Source of the DNA: Alphaproteobacteria bacterium
GTDB lineage: Bacteria > Pseudomonadota > Alphaproteobacteria > MPNO01 > UBA830
DNA: 64,000 nt
Assembly (NCBI GenBank): GCA_964291215.2
Contig: OZ219790.1
Span: 32,001-96,000 of the forward strand
Reading direction: 5' to 3'
The notes beneath the pieces were generated by a model, which was not told the origin of the DNA, did no database searches, and saw only the letters and a program-made list of their open reading frames with translations. Positions 40,636-51,478 of the stretch are shown here, one piece after another (positions within the stretch are counted from its first letter, which is position 1; each line of letters starts with the position of its first letter). Both the position numbers and the translations under genes were made by a program.

Positions 40636-40886
40636 GGTAAATGTACCGTCGCGATAGTACCTGTTCCAGAAGTGCGCCAACTGTGGTTCGAACGATTTCT
40701 CGGTGATCAGATGGACATCTGCCCACTGTCGCGCGATCGCGACAATGGCAGCTACATCGCCGCGTTTGTTAAGCGCCTCGGATTCGAACAGGCTCCACAG
40801 AAACGAGAAATGCTTGACAGCTTCTCGCTCTTCCTGAGAAAGTGCGGGAAAATCCGGCGCATACCTTTCAAGCCAATCCATCGGGG

Positions 40887-43538
40887 TCATTGCAGCCAGT
40901 CGATCTTGTCCTGGCGCTGCTTGATGTCTTCGACCCAGCTCCGCAGCGTCGTGATCTCATTCTGAACGGCGTCGGGTTTCGGCAGCGGCGGATTAAGGGC
41001 ATCCGCCGAACTGTGCAACAGCGTCGAACAACGCCCGTATGCCTGGCGCATCCCGGTACAGTCATCCATCATCAACGTCGTGACCTTGGCCAAACCTTTG
41101 GTCTCCACTTTGTTCGACAGGCGCTTGATGACCGGCCCGACAGCTTCCTCGACGGCACGCTCCCAAGTCCAGCGCAAGCGTTTTTGCAGCGCGTCCACCG
41201 TTCTTTCCCATTTGTCGTGATCGCCGTTCTCATACAGGCCCTTCTCATTATCGAGCTGCTTCTGCATGCCCTCAATAACCTTCTCGATCGGCTGGGCACG
41301 CGCGGGCGGGTCCTGCTGGACAAATCCAACGTAATCGTCGGTCCGGGTGACAGAGCGAAAAGCCACATGAGTACCCTTGTCGCGGCATGCTTGGTCGAGC
41401 AGGAAGAGGAAGGCGATATCGTGCGTCAGCACGATGATCTGCCGGTGTTTCCCTTCGTCGGCCAGCCGTTCCGCTACCGCATCGCGGTGCATGTGATCAA
41501 GCGACGATACCGGGTCGTCGAACACGATCGCGGAGCGACTTTCGGTCGTCGCGAGTTCGGCCAGGAACGCCGCCAGCGCGACGCAACGATGTTCCCCCTC
41601 GCTCAGAATCTCGCCGACACGGGCGTCCGGCTTGCGGATCAGGCTGACACGAAAATGCGGAACGCCATAACTCGTCTTCTCCTTGCGCAGCTCGATCGCC
41701 AGCCCGGCGACGCCGAACTTGTCGATCTCTTTCGAGAACTGGGCGCGCAGCGCGTTTGTGACGAGCTGCTCGGCGAGCTCACCGCTCTTTGTCGTGATCC
41801 GGTTCGTCGTGGTGTCTTTCGACACGGCATCGAGCACGGCGCGCTTCTTCCGGCGACCAATCTCTGCGATGACATCTTCCTGTATCACTACCAGCCATTC
41901 GCGGTCGGCCAACTCTTCGAACTCTGCGCGCATCTGCTTATGTTCTTCGGACTCGTCCTCCGCACGCAACGCGCTGATTCGTGCCAATAGAGCGGCGCTG
42001 TGCACTGCGATAAGTTCGGAGGGCCACGCCTCGGCCACCGGAAGCGGATCGGCTTCGTCCCCCTTCGTGTGATTGCGTAGGATCTCGCGCAGCCGGCACT
42101 TCAGCGTGACGGCAGCCCGGCGGACAGACACCGCAAGCTCACCATCGTTTAACTCGTCGCGGACGAAGGCGACAGCCGCCGGAATATCGCCGGCTGGGAC
42201 ATCGGAATCGACCAGTTTATCCAACGCGGCGCGGTACGCCGCTGCGGCTTGTTCTTCCCTCCGCTTGGTTTCGTCCTTCACGAAACCCTCGAAACGCGCA
42301 AGCCGGTCAGCCGCTTCTTCGTCGAGTTCCTGCTGGCACAGCACGCAGTGCGCACCGTCCACAGTCACAGGAAACGGCCTATCCGGGTATGCCTGCTGCT
42401 CCGAATAGCTTCGCGCCGCCTCCCAGAGCCCGCGCCACACATCGGAGCCGACATCCGGTAGCGGCTCATCGGCGAAGAGGTCACCGGCGGCAGCCATGGC
42501 GGTGGCCTGTGCCGTTCGGTGCGCCTGATACAACGCCGTAAGGCGGCTGGCTTGTGCGTCACTAACCGCCGTGTGTAAAGCCTCAAACGCCGTATTGACC
42601 GCGTCGAGCCGGTTCTTCAGTGCCTCGACTTGGCGCACCACCTTGGCAGGGTCGGTGCCCAGGTCGGTTTTCAGCGTGCCAAGCCGCACCTTCTCCTTCT
42701 CGTCGAGCGTCGCTAGGTCGCGAACGTCCTGTTCCTTCGTTTCACCGTTGAGTCCCGTGATCAACTTGCCGACCGTCGTATTGTCATGGCATTCCGGCTT
42801 CGTGATCGCCTCGGGAGTCTGATGTTTTAGTTCGCGGAGTTCCGCGGTGATGCGCCTCTTGATTATCTGGCAGGCTTCGGCGAGTCGCTCTAACACGCGC
42901 ATCGGGAACGGCGTATAGGCGACATCGTTCAGCTCATCGACATGCACGTTGGCGGTGCGACTATCGAACACGCTGATCGAGGATAAGAGCGGATCGCCAG
43001 GGTCGTCCGCTGTCCAGTTCTCGCTCTTGTTGTGCCCATTGGCGCTGAAGTCGATTACTGCCCTTTGTTGCTCAGTCTTCGTTGCGTAGATATTCGGCAG
43101 TATTAGGTCGCCCTTCGGTGGCGTGCGGGCCCGGCAGACCTTCTTCAGAACACGCGCGTAACCGGACTTGCCCGACCCGTTATCACCGTACACGACCGTC
43201 AACCCGGCTTTGTCGAAGGTTAGGCGTTCGCCGGCTTTCAGTGCATTGATGTTTTCGGCGTCATGAATGGCCCGAAGATTGACGGCAGTTGTGGCCACCT
43301 GGGGATCGGGGATGTGTTCGGCGGCGATGGGAACGCTGCCTTTGCCGTTGCTCTTGCATAGAGCCGTTAGCTCGTCCAGGTCAGCATCTTCCAGCATGTC
43401 CTTCGTGCATAGGCGGCGCAGTGCATCGCGCTGCCATGCCGGGCAGTCTTTCGACTAGGCCAAGATATCGGCCAGGGCTAGGGCCTCGCTGGCGATCTCT
43501 TTCTGCTGATTTTCTAAGTCTTCGGCTATGTCAGCCAT
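40887..43538 (-). pseudogene. RloC/AAA_13-like SMC-type ABC ATPase with zinc hook; nonsense TAG at codon 28 (836-aa ORF remains from 43397)
   Basis: GDNGSGKS, CVLC hook within a coiled coil, LSEGE, IVFDDPVSSLD, LTHD; upstream frame reads MADIAEDL...ILA*SKDCPAWQRDALRRL. Confidence 0.85.
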
Positions 43539-43613
43539 TTCCAATCAACCTGTTTCGAGTTATTGCACGCCCTGAGCTGTCCTGGTGTGCCGCGCTGGCA
43601 TCGCTTGGAACCC

Positions 43614-43865
43614 CTAGATCGCTTTGATCTCCTCAAAATCTTCCGCAGTCTTTTCTAGAATTCGCTGAAAGCATTCGTCACAAACCCGCTTGGCTGTAGA
43701 ATAGGCGCTGCCTAGTTTCGGGATCGATATACAGGTATCTCCGGCGGCGAACAGGGCATGACATCGTGAGCACTTGCTTTGCCGCTGCACGGGTACGCGC
43801 TTGGGTCTGCCATTCGCTCCGCCGATTAATGACGGCACAGGCCCTCTAGGCTTCCTTCTGTTCAT
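43614..43865 (-). CDS. Small basic Cys-rich (Zn-finger-like) protein, 83 aa
   Basis: CSRC...C...CDEC; overlaps the 3' end of the helicase gene by 20 nt. Confidence 0.75.
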   Translation of the reverse strand: MNRRKPRGPVPSLIGGANGRPKRVPVQRQSKCSRCHALFAAGDTCISIPKLGSAYSTAKRVCDECFQRILEKTAEDFEEIKAI

Positions 43866-45876
43866 ATTCCGCTTTCGCTTTGTGCACGCGCCGGACGAGC
43901 GTTTGGAGCAGGTCATCAAGGTTGTCCAAAACCTGTCTGAACTCCTCAGTACTCGCCTGAGCCCGCTCTTTACCGAGGCGCTTGTTGATTTCGTGATTGA
44001 CCATCATTAGAGCCGATACGTAGTTTTTATTCCCGGTAGTATTCAGGGACTGGTACTTGTAGGTCAGCTCGGTCCCCGTCATTGAGAGCTCGACATGATT
44101 GAGCAGGAGCTTCGCCAAGCGTTGCGCCTGTTCGTAAAGTCGTTTTTTCGCTTCTTCCCATTCGCGCTGCGGTTGGATCAGGAACGGCTCTGATGGAGCA
44201 CGTTTTCGGACGGCTACGCCTCGCGCTTTCTTGACCATTTCCTCGGCCTGGTCGGGGTCGAGGCCGAAAAGCTTCAGGCGGTCCCGAAAATCCTCGATGA
44301 TTTGCTGATCCTCGACGGTGGTGAAATCTTCCTCCCACAGCGATTCGACGATCTCACCATGAACGACGAGCCGTTCCTCGGCGGTCAGCCTCGCCGAACC
44401 GTCGAGTACCGACTTCGGCACTTCGGGTTCGTCGCCGCCGATGACCTTGTCCCAGAAGGCCTGGTCGTCATTTTCAAATTGTTTGAATTCCTTCAGGCGC
44501 TCATCGAGATTCATACCGAGATGCGTCACGATATGGCCGACATTATCGGGATGCATCGGGTCGTTCTGAACGACGACGCGCATGATCCTGCCGACGAACT
44601 GGACGTATGGCGCCAAAGTCCTGAACGGCCGGAAGATTGATGCGACGCTCAGCTTCGGGTGGTCGAAGCCCTCACCCAGCATCTGGACCTGGACGATGCA
44701 ATCCAGCGTTCCGTTCTGAAGCGCGTTGAGGATCGCCGCTTGTTCGTTGTCATTCTGTTTGCTGTGAATGACATCCGCGTTGAATCCGCGCTCCTGGTAC
44801 AACGACCGGATTTCCCGCGCATGGTTGATCGAGCACGCCACTGCGATCAGTTGATGGCGCGTTCCGCTTTGCCGCAGCTCCTCCAGCTTCTCCAGACTGC
44901 TATCGACGATGTGCTGGTTACAGGGACGCGCAAGCGCGACGCCGCGGCTGAACCAGTCTTCTTCCTTGAGTTTGAGAACCTCGTCGAGACTGTAGGTACG
45001 GCCGCGCTCGTCGCGAAATCCCAGTTCGATTTCCGAGGGTACGACATAACTCGCCTTCAGGCGCTTGATGTAACCTTTCAGCGTGGCGCTCCTAAACGAG
45101 TACCGATAGACCAGTTCGCCATCGATTTCCTGGCGGTCGCTCCGAAAGGGCGTGGCCGTCAGGTGAATGACCTTGGCAGACGGAAAGCGGTCGATGACCT
45201 TTTGCCAGCTTGCGGCTGTGCTGTGGTGGGCCTCGTCGACGATGATCATGTCGAAAAAGTCGTCAGGAAACTGTGTGAGCCATTTGTCGACGTTGGTAGC
45301 AAGCTGCTGGATATTTGTGATGACGATGTGGGATTTGGTTGCGACCGAGATGTTGCCGGTCTCCAGCGTGCAGGCCAGCGGTCCCGCGACCATCTGGTCT
45401 TTGCTAAGCACAGCCGTTTTACGCCAGAAGCATTTCTGGCGGTTAGTTATGTCCATCGCGTCGTAAAGGCCGTTTTTGATCGTCAGGTTGGGCGCGATGA
45501 CGATAACGCGTCCCTCGGCGAGACCTAGGGGAAGCAGGGCGGCTAGACCGGTCTTGCCGCAGCCGACAGGAATCTGAAGGATCGCCTTGTTCTTACCGGT
45601 GCGGAAGAATTCATAGGTGCGCAGATAGCCGTCGTGCTGTGGCTCCCGCAGGAACGCGTTGCCTTCGATGTCGAAATCAAGATTGACGAAGAAGGATTCC
45701 AGAGGCTGCTTTGTGCGAACCCAGGCATCCAGCCCTGCCTTCTCGAAAACCCACTTCTTGCCAATTTTCCGGGCCGGGATGCGCCCCTCGCGCGCAAGTG
45801 TATAGAGCGCGGTCTTACCCATACCCAAATAGGCTGCCGTTTCGTCGAGGGAGAGCCACCCAGCATTCGATTCCAT
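43846..45876 (-). CDS. Excisionase-type HTH fused to an SF2 DEAH (ResIII-like) helicase
   Basis: WLSLDETAAYLGMGKTALYTLAREGRIPARKIGKKWVF; PVGCGKT, DEAHH, TATP, QFVGRIMR. Confidence 0.9.
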   Translation of the reverse strand: MESNAGWLSLDETAAYLGMGKTALYTLAREGRIPARKIGKKWVFEKAGLDAWVRTKQPLESFFVNLDFDIEGNAFLREPQHDGYLRTYEFFRTGKNKAILQIPVGCGKTGLAALLPLGLAEGRVIVIAPNLTIKNGLYDAMDITNRQKCFWRKTAVLSKDQMVAGPLACTLETGNISVATKSHIVITNIQQLATNVDKWLTQFPDDFFDMIIVDEAHHSTAASWQKVIDRFPSAKVIHLTATPFRSDRQEIDGELVYRYSFRSATLKGYIKRLKASYVVPSEIELGFRDERGRTYSLDEVLKLKEEDWFSRGVALARPCNQHIVDSSLEKLEELRQSGTRHQLIAVACSINHAREIRSLYQERGFNADVIHSKQNDNEQAAILNALQNGTLDCIVQVQMLGEGFDHPKLSVASIFRPFRTLAPYVQFVGRIMRVVVQNDPMHPDNVGHIVTHLGMNLDERLKEFKQFENDDQAFWDKVIGGDEPEVPKSVLDGSARLTAEERLVVHGEIVESLWEEDFTTVEDQQIIEDFRDRLKLFGLDPDQAEEMVKKARGVAVRKRAPSEPFLIQPQREWEEAKKRLYEQAQRLAKLLLNHVELSMTGTELTYKYQSLNTTGNKNYVSALMMVNHEINKRLGKERAQASTEEFRQVLDNLDDLLQTLVRRVHKAKAEYEQKEA

Positions 45877-46679
45877 AGCTGTTCCTTATAGTATTTGATG
45901 CTGTATGATAGCAAATGAAAGGTCCTGATACAAGGGCTTCAGGCCGACGGAAGTTTGCCGCCAAGTCAATACAGGAATCCTGGCTTCTGGACCGGCTCCA
46001 GGCTCGCCCGCTCTATTGCGCACGACTTGAAAACCTGGTACCGCCGTGACCCGGGTTAGGCGGGACATGTCCCCCGTTCCATAGTGAAGTGCAACACATG
46101 ATGGGCTGTGGCCATGTGTTTTTAGACGCATGATGTTGCGGAGCGGTAGCGGCGAGAGTTCCTGTACAAGATGAAGGGAGCTTGTTCATGTCCAAAGGCT
46201 ACCGTCACCTACGAAGAGCGATGCCAGATTGAGGCAGAAGAGCGGTCTTTCACAAGGTACGATTGCTCGGCAGCTGGGCCGTGACCGATCAACAATTTTC
46301 CGGGAGATCAAGCGCAACACCGGGGGACGGAGTTACCGTCACAAGCAGGCGCAAAGGATGGCAGAAACGCGCCGCAGGGCCGCCTCGTCTGTTTCTTGGC
46401 GGTTGACGCCTCGGGTTGAGGCTCAGAAAAAGCTGCGGGAGGGCCGTGGGTCGGCAACGGATCCATGATCGCATTCATGAAGATCGGAGAGCCGGGGGCG
46501 TCTTGTGGAAGAAGCTTCGGCGGCGCGGCAAGAAGCCGAACTGGAAGGGCGGATGCCATTCCGGCCGGGTGGACATTTCCGAGGGAAATTATATACCAAA
46601 CTCCCATTTTTCCTTGACGCACCGGGCGTAATCCGCCATGATGAGGATAGGGCGAAACACGCCATAAGAGGTTGTTCCG

Positions 46680-47671
46680 ATGGTCAAAAAGGCACCCGGC
46701 AAAGCGTTCCGCAAGGGCATCAGCGTGAAGCGGCTGATGACCATGTTCCCGGACGACGAGAAGGCGCGGGAGTGGTTCGAGTCGCACATGTGGCCGGAGG
46801 GTCCGTTCTGCCCGCACTGCGGGTCCTACGATGTGCAGCACCCGATCGGGCACAAGACGATGACGCACCGCTGCCGGTCCTGCCCGAAGCGGCCGCAGTT
46901 CAGCCTGAGGACCGGCTCGGTCATGGAGGGCTCGAAGCTCGGCTACCGGGATTGGGCGATTGCGCTCTACCTCGTCATGACGAACCTCAAGGGCGTTTCG
47001 TCCATGCGCTTGCATCGTGAGCTGGAGATTACGCAGAAGAGCGCGTGGCATCTGGCGCACCGGCTCCGCAAGGCGCTGGAAAACGGAGAGGTTCCGATGT
47101 TCCTCGGCCCCGCAGAAGCCGACGAAACTTTCATCGGCGGAAAGCGTAAGAACATGTCGAACGCGAAGCGCAAGGCACTGGCGGAGGCTGGTGCCGGACG
47201 CGGGACGGTTGGGAAAGCCGCCGTGGCGGGCGTGAAGGACCGGGACACGAACCAGGTAGCCGCATGGAGGGAACCGACGCCAGCGCGCTCCAGTCCTTCG
47301 TGCGGGAGCACGTAGCGCCCGGCGCGACCCTCTATACCGATGAAGCGCCTGCCTACGCTGGAATGCCCGAATATGCCCACGAGGCGGTGAAGTACTCGGC
47401 CAAGGAGTTCGTGCGGGGCATGGCCTCAACGAATGGCATGGAGAGCTTCTGGGCAGGCCTCAAGCGCAGCTTTGTCGGGACCTTCCACAAGTTCAGCGAG
47501 AAGCATCTCGACCTCTATGTTGCCGAGGCGGCGGGCCGGCACAACATCCGGCCCCTGGACACCGAGGACATGATGGGGCGCACCGCCGCCGGCATGAGAG
47601 GCAAGCGGCTGCGGTATCAGGACCTCATCGCAGACAAGGGCCTGCCGTCCGGCGCAAGGCCAGTCGCATGA
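46680..47671 (+). pseudogene. IS1595 transposase, frameshifted near 47265
   Basis: CPHCGS..CRSC zinc ribbon, EADETFIGG, LYTDE, TNGMESFWAGLKR split over two frames. Confidence 0.9.
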
Positions 47672-48084
47672 GAGCCGGGTGGGTGACGGCACGGGCGAAC
47701 TGCTCCGTTGACGATTGCCTCAACTCCATCATCAAGCGGGTGAAGGACGATGTAGCCGAGTTCAACCGGCTCCCGACGCACAAGAGAGGCAGCCATGAGT
47801 TTCGGGCTGCGTTTGCGGACGGCGAACTGGTCGTCCGCCGCATCGAGTTGGTGAAGGACTATCGTGGCACACACGAAGTGGATGCCGACGACGGCAAGGA
47901 TGTGGTCGTCGTCCGGCGGTCGGATGAAGCCATTACCGCCTGCCGCTCGGGGAAGCTGCATTTGACGATCGTTCCGCAATGGAACCCCGAACGGCAGGAA
48001 TGCGACCTGCAAATCGACGAAGCGACATATCCGCTCTGGCAGATCAGCGAGCGTATTCTCGGCGAGTTTCTGTTCGACCGCTGA
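47668..48084 (+). CDS. Hypothetical passenger protein, 138 aa
   Basis: ATGA overlap with the transposase stop; protein-like composition. Confidence 0.7.
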   Translation: MRAGWVTARANCSVDDCLNSIIKRVKDDVAEFNRLPTHKRGSHEFRAAFADGELVVRRIELVKDYRGTHEVDADDGKDVVVVRRSDEAITACRSGKLHLTIVPQWNPERQECDLQIDEATYPLWQISERILGEFLFDR

Positions 48085-48091
48085 CCGGTGC

Positions 48092-48514
48092 CTATGCCCT
48101 GCGCTGGGCGTCTATCTCAAGCTGAAGCCGATTGATGAACGGCCGCACTGCGCCCTTCGGCACGTTCTTGATCTGCCGTGCAGCGAAGCCATCGTTGATG
48201 ATGATCTTGCCGAAGATGAGGCCAGTCTCCCCGGAGACGCCGTTGACCCTGTCGAGGGGTATCGAGGACTCCTTGAGGCCCCACAGCATTCCCTTGTCGA
48301 GGAAGAGCACCCGACGATCCGTCAGGGCGATCAGCCATGTGTTCCCGTCCAAGATGCCTGATGCGAAGCCAAGCACCTGCTCATCGTCCGTCAGGAGCTG
48401 CGGCAGATGCTTCAACTCCTTTTTGGTCCCGAACCCATCATCGCCGGACTCTCTGGCGATCTCCTTGAATTTCTGCTCAAGCTCCTGTTTCGATGCTCGC
48501 TTGAAATCGAACAT
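48092..48514 (-). CDS. Bacterial PH-domain (YokE/bPH_3-like) passenger protein
   Basis: KKELKHLPQLLTDDEQVL...LIALTDRRVLFLDKGMLWG...IPLDRVNGVS; GGAGGG RBS. Confidence 0.8.
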   Translation of the reverse strand: MFDFKRASKQELEQKFKEIARESGDDGFGTKKELKHLPQLLTDDEQVLGFASGILDGNTWLIALTDRRVLFLDKGMLWGLKESSIPLDRVNGVSGETGLIFGKIIINDGFAARQIKNVPKGAVRPFINRLQLEIDAQRRA

Positions 48515-48801
48515 TCCGCCCTCCCTCCGCTATCGCACTGGTTCCCGGCGCCACCGGCTGGCGTCGGGCCGTTGTCAACACTGCACACGAAGTGAGAGTC
48601 CCACCTATTCGCCAGGCGGCGGGTGATCGGCCCGCTGCCGGGTTCAGGCTGTTCTATTCGGTGGGCGACCCGGCAGAGCGGGCGCGCACAGTGTTGACGG
48701 GGATACGATAGCAGGGGGTTTTTTCTGTTCCTATCCCTTGCATCACCGGCCAAAAACGGGCAGGCTGCCAGCCTGATCCCGCGAGCGGTGAGGCAAGGAA
48801 T

Positions 48802-48975
48802 ATGACGGCGCGCCAAGAGGTTCGATTGAAGTCTAACCGCTACCAGCCGACGAAGGCGGAAATCGAGGAAGTGTTCACGCCGCCGCGCAAGGCCGACGGG
48901 ACCGAATACAAGGTCGGCGAGGCGGTGCGGACGCTCATGCGCCCCGTGAAGGTGGTAGAAGACCCGGAAGCCTGA
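48802..48975 (+). CDS. Small passenger protein, 57 aa (below the ORF-track cutoff)
   Basis: AAGGAA RBS; MTARQEVRLKSNRYQPTKAEIEEVFTPPRKADGTEYKVGEAVRTLMRPVKVVEDPEA. Confidence 0.6.
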   Translation: MTARQEVRLKSNRYQPTKAEIEEVFTPPRKADGTEYKVGEAVRTLMRPVKVVEDPEA

Positions 48976-50158
48976 AAGCGCAACGCCCCGCAGGTTGGGG
49001 GACCGACGCGGGGCGCTACTGGACTTAGGAACATCCGGGAGGTTCGACCAACCTAACCGGGAGCTTCCGCCATGGCAAGCAACATCACTGCTTCGGATAC
49101 AGAGATTCCAGATCGACAAGCAGGTGCGCGCGTCCGTGAATTGATGTCGAAAGCAACTGGTGAAGCGCTCGAAGAGCTTGAGACTGCTTTTCCTCAGTTG
49201 AGAATGGCGGCCGAGCGGCGCATATCAGTTCCAAGATATACCCGGCCTCATCAAGGACAGTCTCGGCAGAGAATGCGTCCTCTGCCGGACGAGCTTCAGC
49301 CCTACGCAACGCTACGGCAATGCACACGGTGAATGCCCTGATCTGATCTCCGTCATGCGCTTCCTCCATGCCTTGGCGGCCCGTTGACGGCGCAACCGGC
49401 TGGCGCTACATGGAGCGGCAGACGGGGCACGGCCGGCCTCGGCTCGCAGGTTCAACAACGCCCCGGTGTTCCAAGCACCGGGGCGTTGGCGTTCTAGGCT
49501 ATGGTGCGGAAACGGTCAAGCGAAAGTGGGACTTTGGTATATAATTCCCTTTCCGAGCGCCCTGCGGAGGCAAAGGAACGGATCGGCGACCGGGAGCCAT
49601 CATCGGCAAAGCTCACAGTGGAGCTGTCGTGTCGCTCGTGCCACGAAATACACCTTGCCGGGTGGACAGAAAGACACGGTCGGTTCGGTCATGATCCGCC
49701 TGCTCGGTTCTGGTGCGCTATTGGTCCACACAATCACAACGGCAAGGAGTTCGCAGACCACAGGCGTGTCGCACTTGACGCAGATTTCTTCTTCGCCTTT
49801 CCATTCCTGGGAGCGCGGCTTGAATGAGCACACCAACGGCCTGGTGCGGGAGTACTTCCCGAAGGGCACGGACTTTCGCGCGATATGCAACGAAGATGTT
49901 CAGAAGGTACAGGATCGGCTCAACACTCGGAAAGTCCCGGGATCGCCGACGGAGGTAATGTTCGACCTTGAAGTGAAACCGCCCTGACCATCTGCGTTCC
50001 GTAGCCGCACGTGCAGCAGGGTCCATGCCGCGCGACGGCGAAATAGTGGCTTGAAGCCGACAAAGGCGTTGCATAAGCTCGATGTTGAAGGAACTGAAGC
50101 TGTTCCCAGGCGGAATCGAGAGGGGCAGAGGGGGAAAATTTGTGCAACATCCGGCCCC

Positions 50159-50835
50159 TGATGAAATACCTGATCCTGGATGCGCGCTACGAAAAAGCCC
50201 GCCATGACGGCGTTGTGCGCGATGTCGCAGTGTCTCGGCCATCGGAATAGGGGCTGCAGGCACGTTCTGGGGCTCTCTGTGGCGCTCTCCGAGGCCGAGG
50301 TCCATTGGAGAGCCTTCCTGGAAAGCTTGCTAGCCCTGCATGGTACGACCTTCATCGTCTCGGATACCGGGCTGAAAGCAGCACGACGCGCGGTGCTGGG
50401 CGCGGCGACGTGGCAGCGCTGCCAGTTCCACCTGGCGCAAAACGCCGTGCACCGAACAACGACATCAGGAAACGCATTGGAAAACAGCTCGGAGCCACGC
50501 CTCCTCACTCCAAACCGCCGAGGTTGAACTGGCCGCCCTCGTGGCCAGCGACAAGCATCCAGGCTTCCTGGCTGGAAAACAATGCGGGGCTCGCTGTCTT
50601 CACCTTGCCCGATGCTCACCGCAAGCGCATGCGAACCTCGAACGGCATCGAGCGACCGATCCAGCAAGAGCTCAAGCGGCGCACCTCCAAAGTCAGGGTC
50701 TTTCCGAACCTCGCCTCGTTGGAGCGCCTCTCAACCGCAGTCCTCGTCGAGGAAAAATGGGAAACCGAAACCAAGATCAAATGGGAACAGCTCGATCAGC
50801 TTCACGACAATTTTTAGACATCAGGTTGCGTAATC
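50159..50835 (+). mobile_element. IS256-family transposase 3' remnant
   Basis: YLILDARYEK, WQRCQFHLAQNA, RMRTSNGIERPIQQELKRRT. Confidence 0.85.
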
Positions 50836-51478
50836 ACATTCCGAAGAGCTGCACGGACCGTGCGCCGCTTCAGCGTCTCGGCGTATCCGTGGACGAAAGG
50901 CTCGTCACCGTCGCTACCGTGACGGCATTCCAGCCCGGATGGGCCGATTCGTGCAGCGGCACCGATAATGTTCTCACGGAGGACCAATCCTGTTTCTTCG
51001 CGGTCCACATGGTACGCAACTGCCGGAAAAGCGTCCGGGCAGGATCATTGACGAAAGGCACCTTCGCCAGCACCTCCGGGCGTCGTGCGGCGGGAGGCGC
51101 GGCACCGGCCATGTCTCCATAAGCGCCAGAACAGACCGTGCTTCGGTCGCGGTCACACGGCACTGCGATTCGATTGCAAACTGTCCGGCTATGGAGCAGG
51201 ATTGGATGATCGTCCACCGGCATTGTGCCCATGGAGGCGGCGAGGCAAGAAAGGGCCGGAGAGGCAGAGCATGGCTAGGGGAACACCCACACGACGATTC
51301 CACGCTGCCAATCCAGCGGCGACCGGCGAGATTTTTCGGTCTGCGTCGCGCTGCAATCGTGCCGCCAAGGCTCAATGAGACCTTCTCGGCGCGAAAAATT
51401 GCGATCAAGGGGCGATCTGTGATGACGCGAGCCCCAACGCACTCGGATTTCGCGTCTCGGAATCAGCATGGGATCGCC

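Larger units (their letters stand above)
37610..40890 (-). pseudogene. HEPN-like protein (about 169 aa reconstructed), split by IS66 and IS630, with an internal TAG
   Basis: Segments 40890-40636, 39127-39065 and 37801-37610 join in frame: ...FSFLWSLFE...RDGTFT|YHFDHLNLRNGDQPTLARKVL|GNDAAEHFEIAAALLIIAYRFRSNLFHGEKWAY (R-x4-H). Confidence 0.8.
46584..49549 (+). mobile_element. IS1595-family transporter IS (2966 bp) with passenger genes; 8-bp TSD TTTCCGAG
   Basis: IRs GGAAATTATATACCAAACTCCCA / TGGGACTTTGGTATATAATTCCC; TSD at 46576-46583 and 49550-49557. Confidence 0.93.
46076..50158 (+). mobile_element. Degenerate IS30-family element interrupted by IS1595
   Basis: MSKGYRHL, IARQLGRDRSTIFREIKRN, SWERGLNEHTNGLVREYFPKGTDF. 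Confidence 0.85.
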
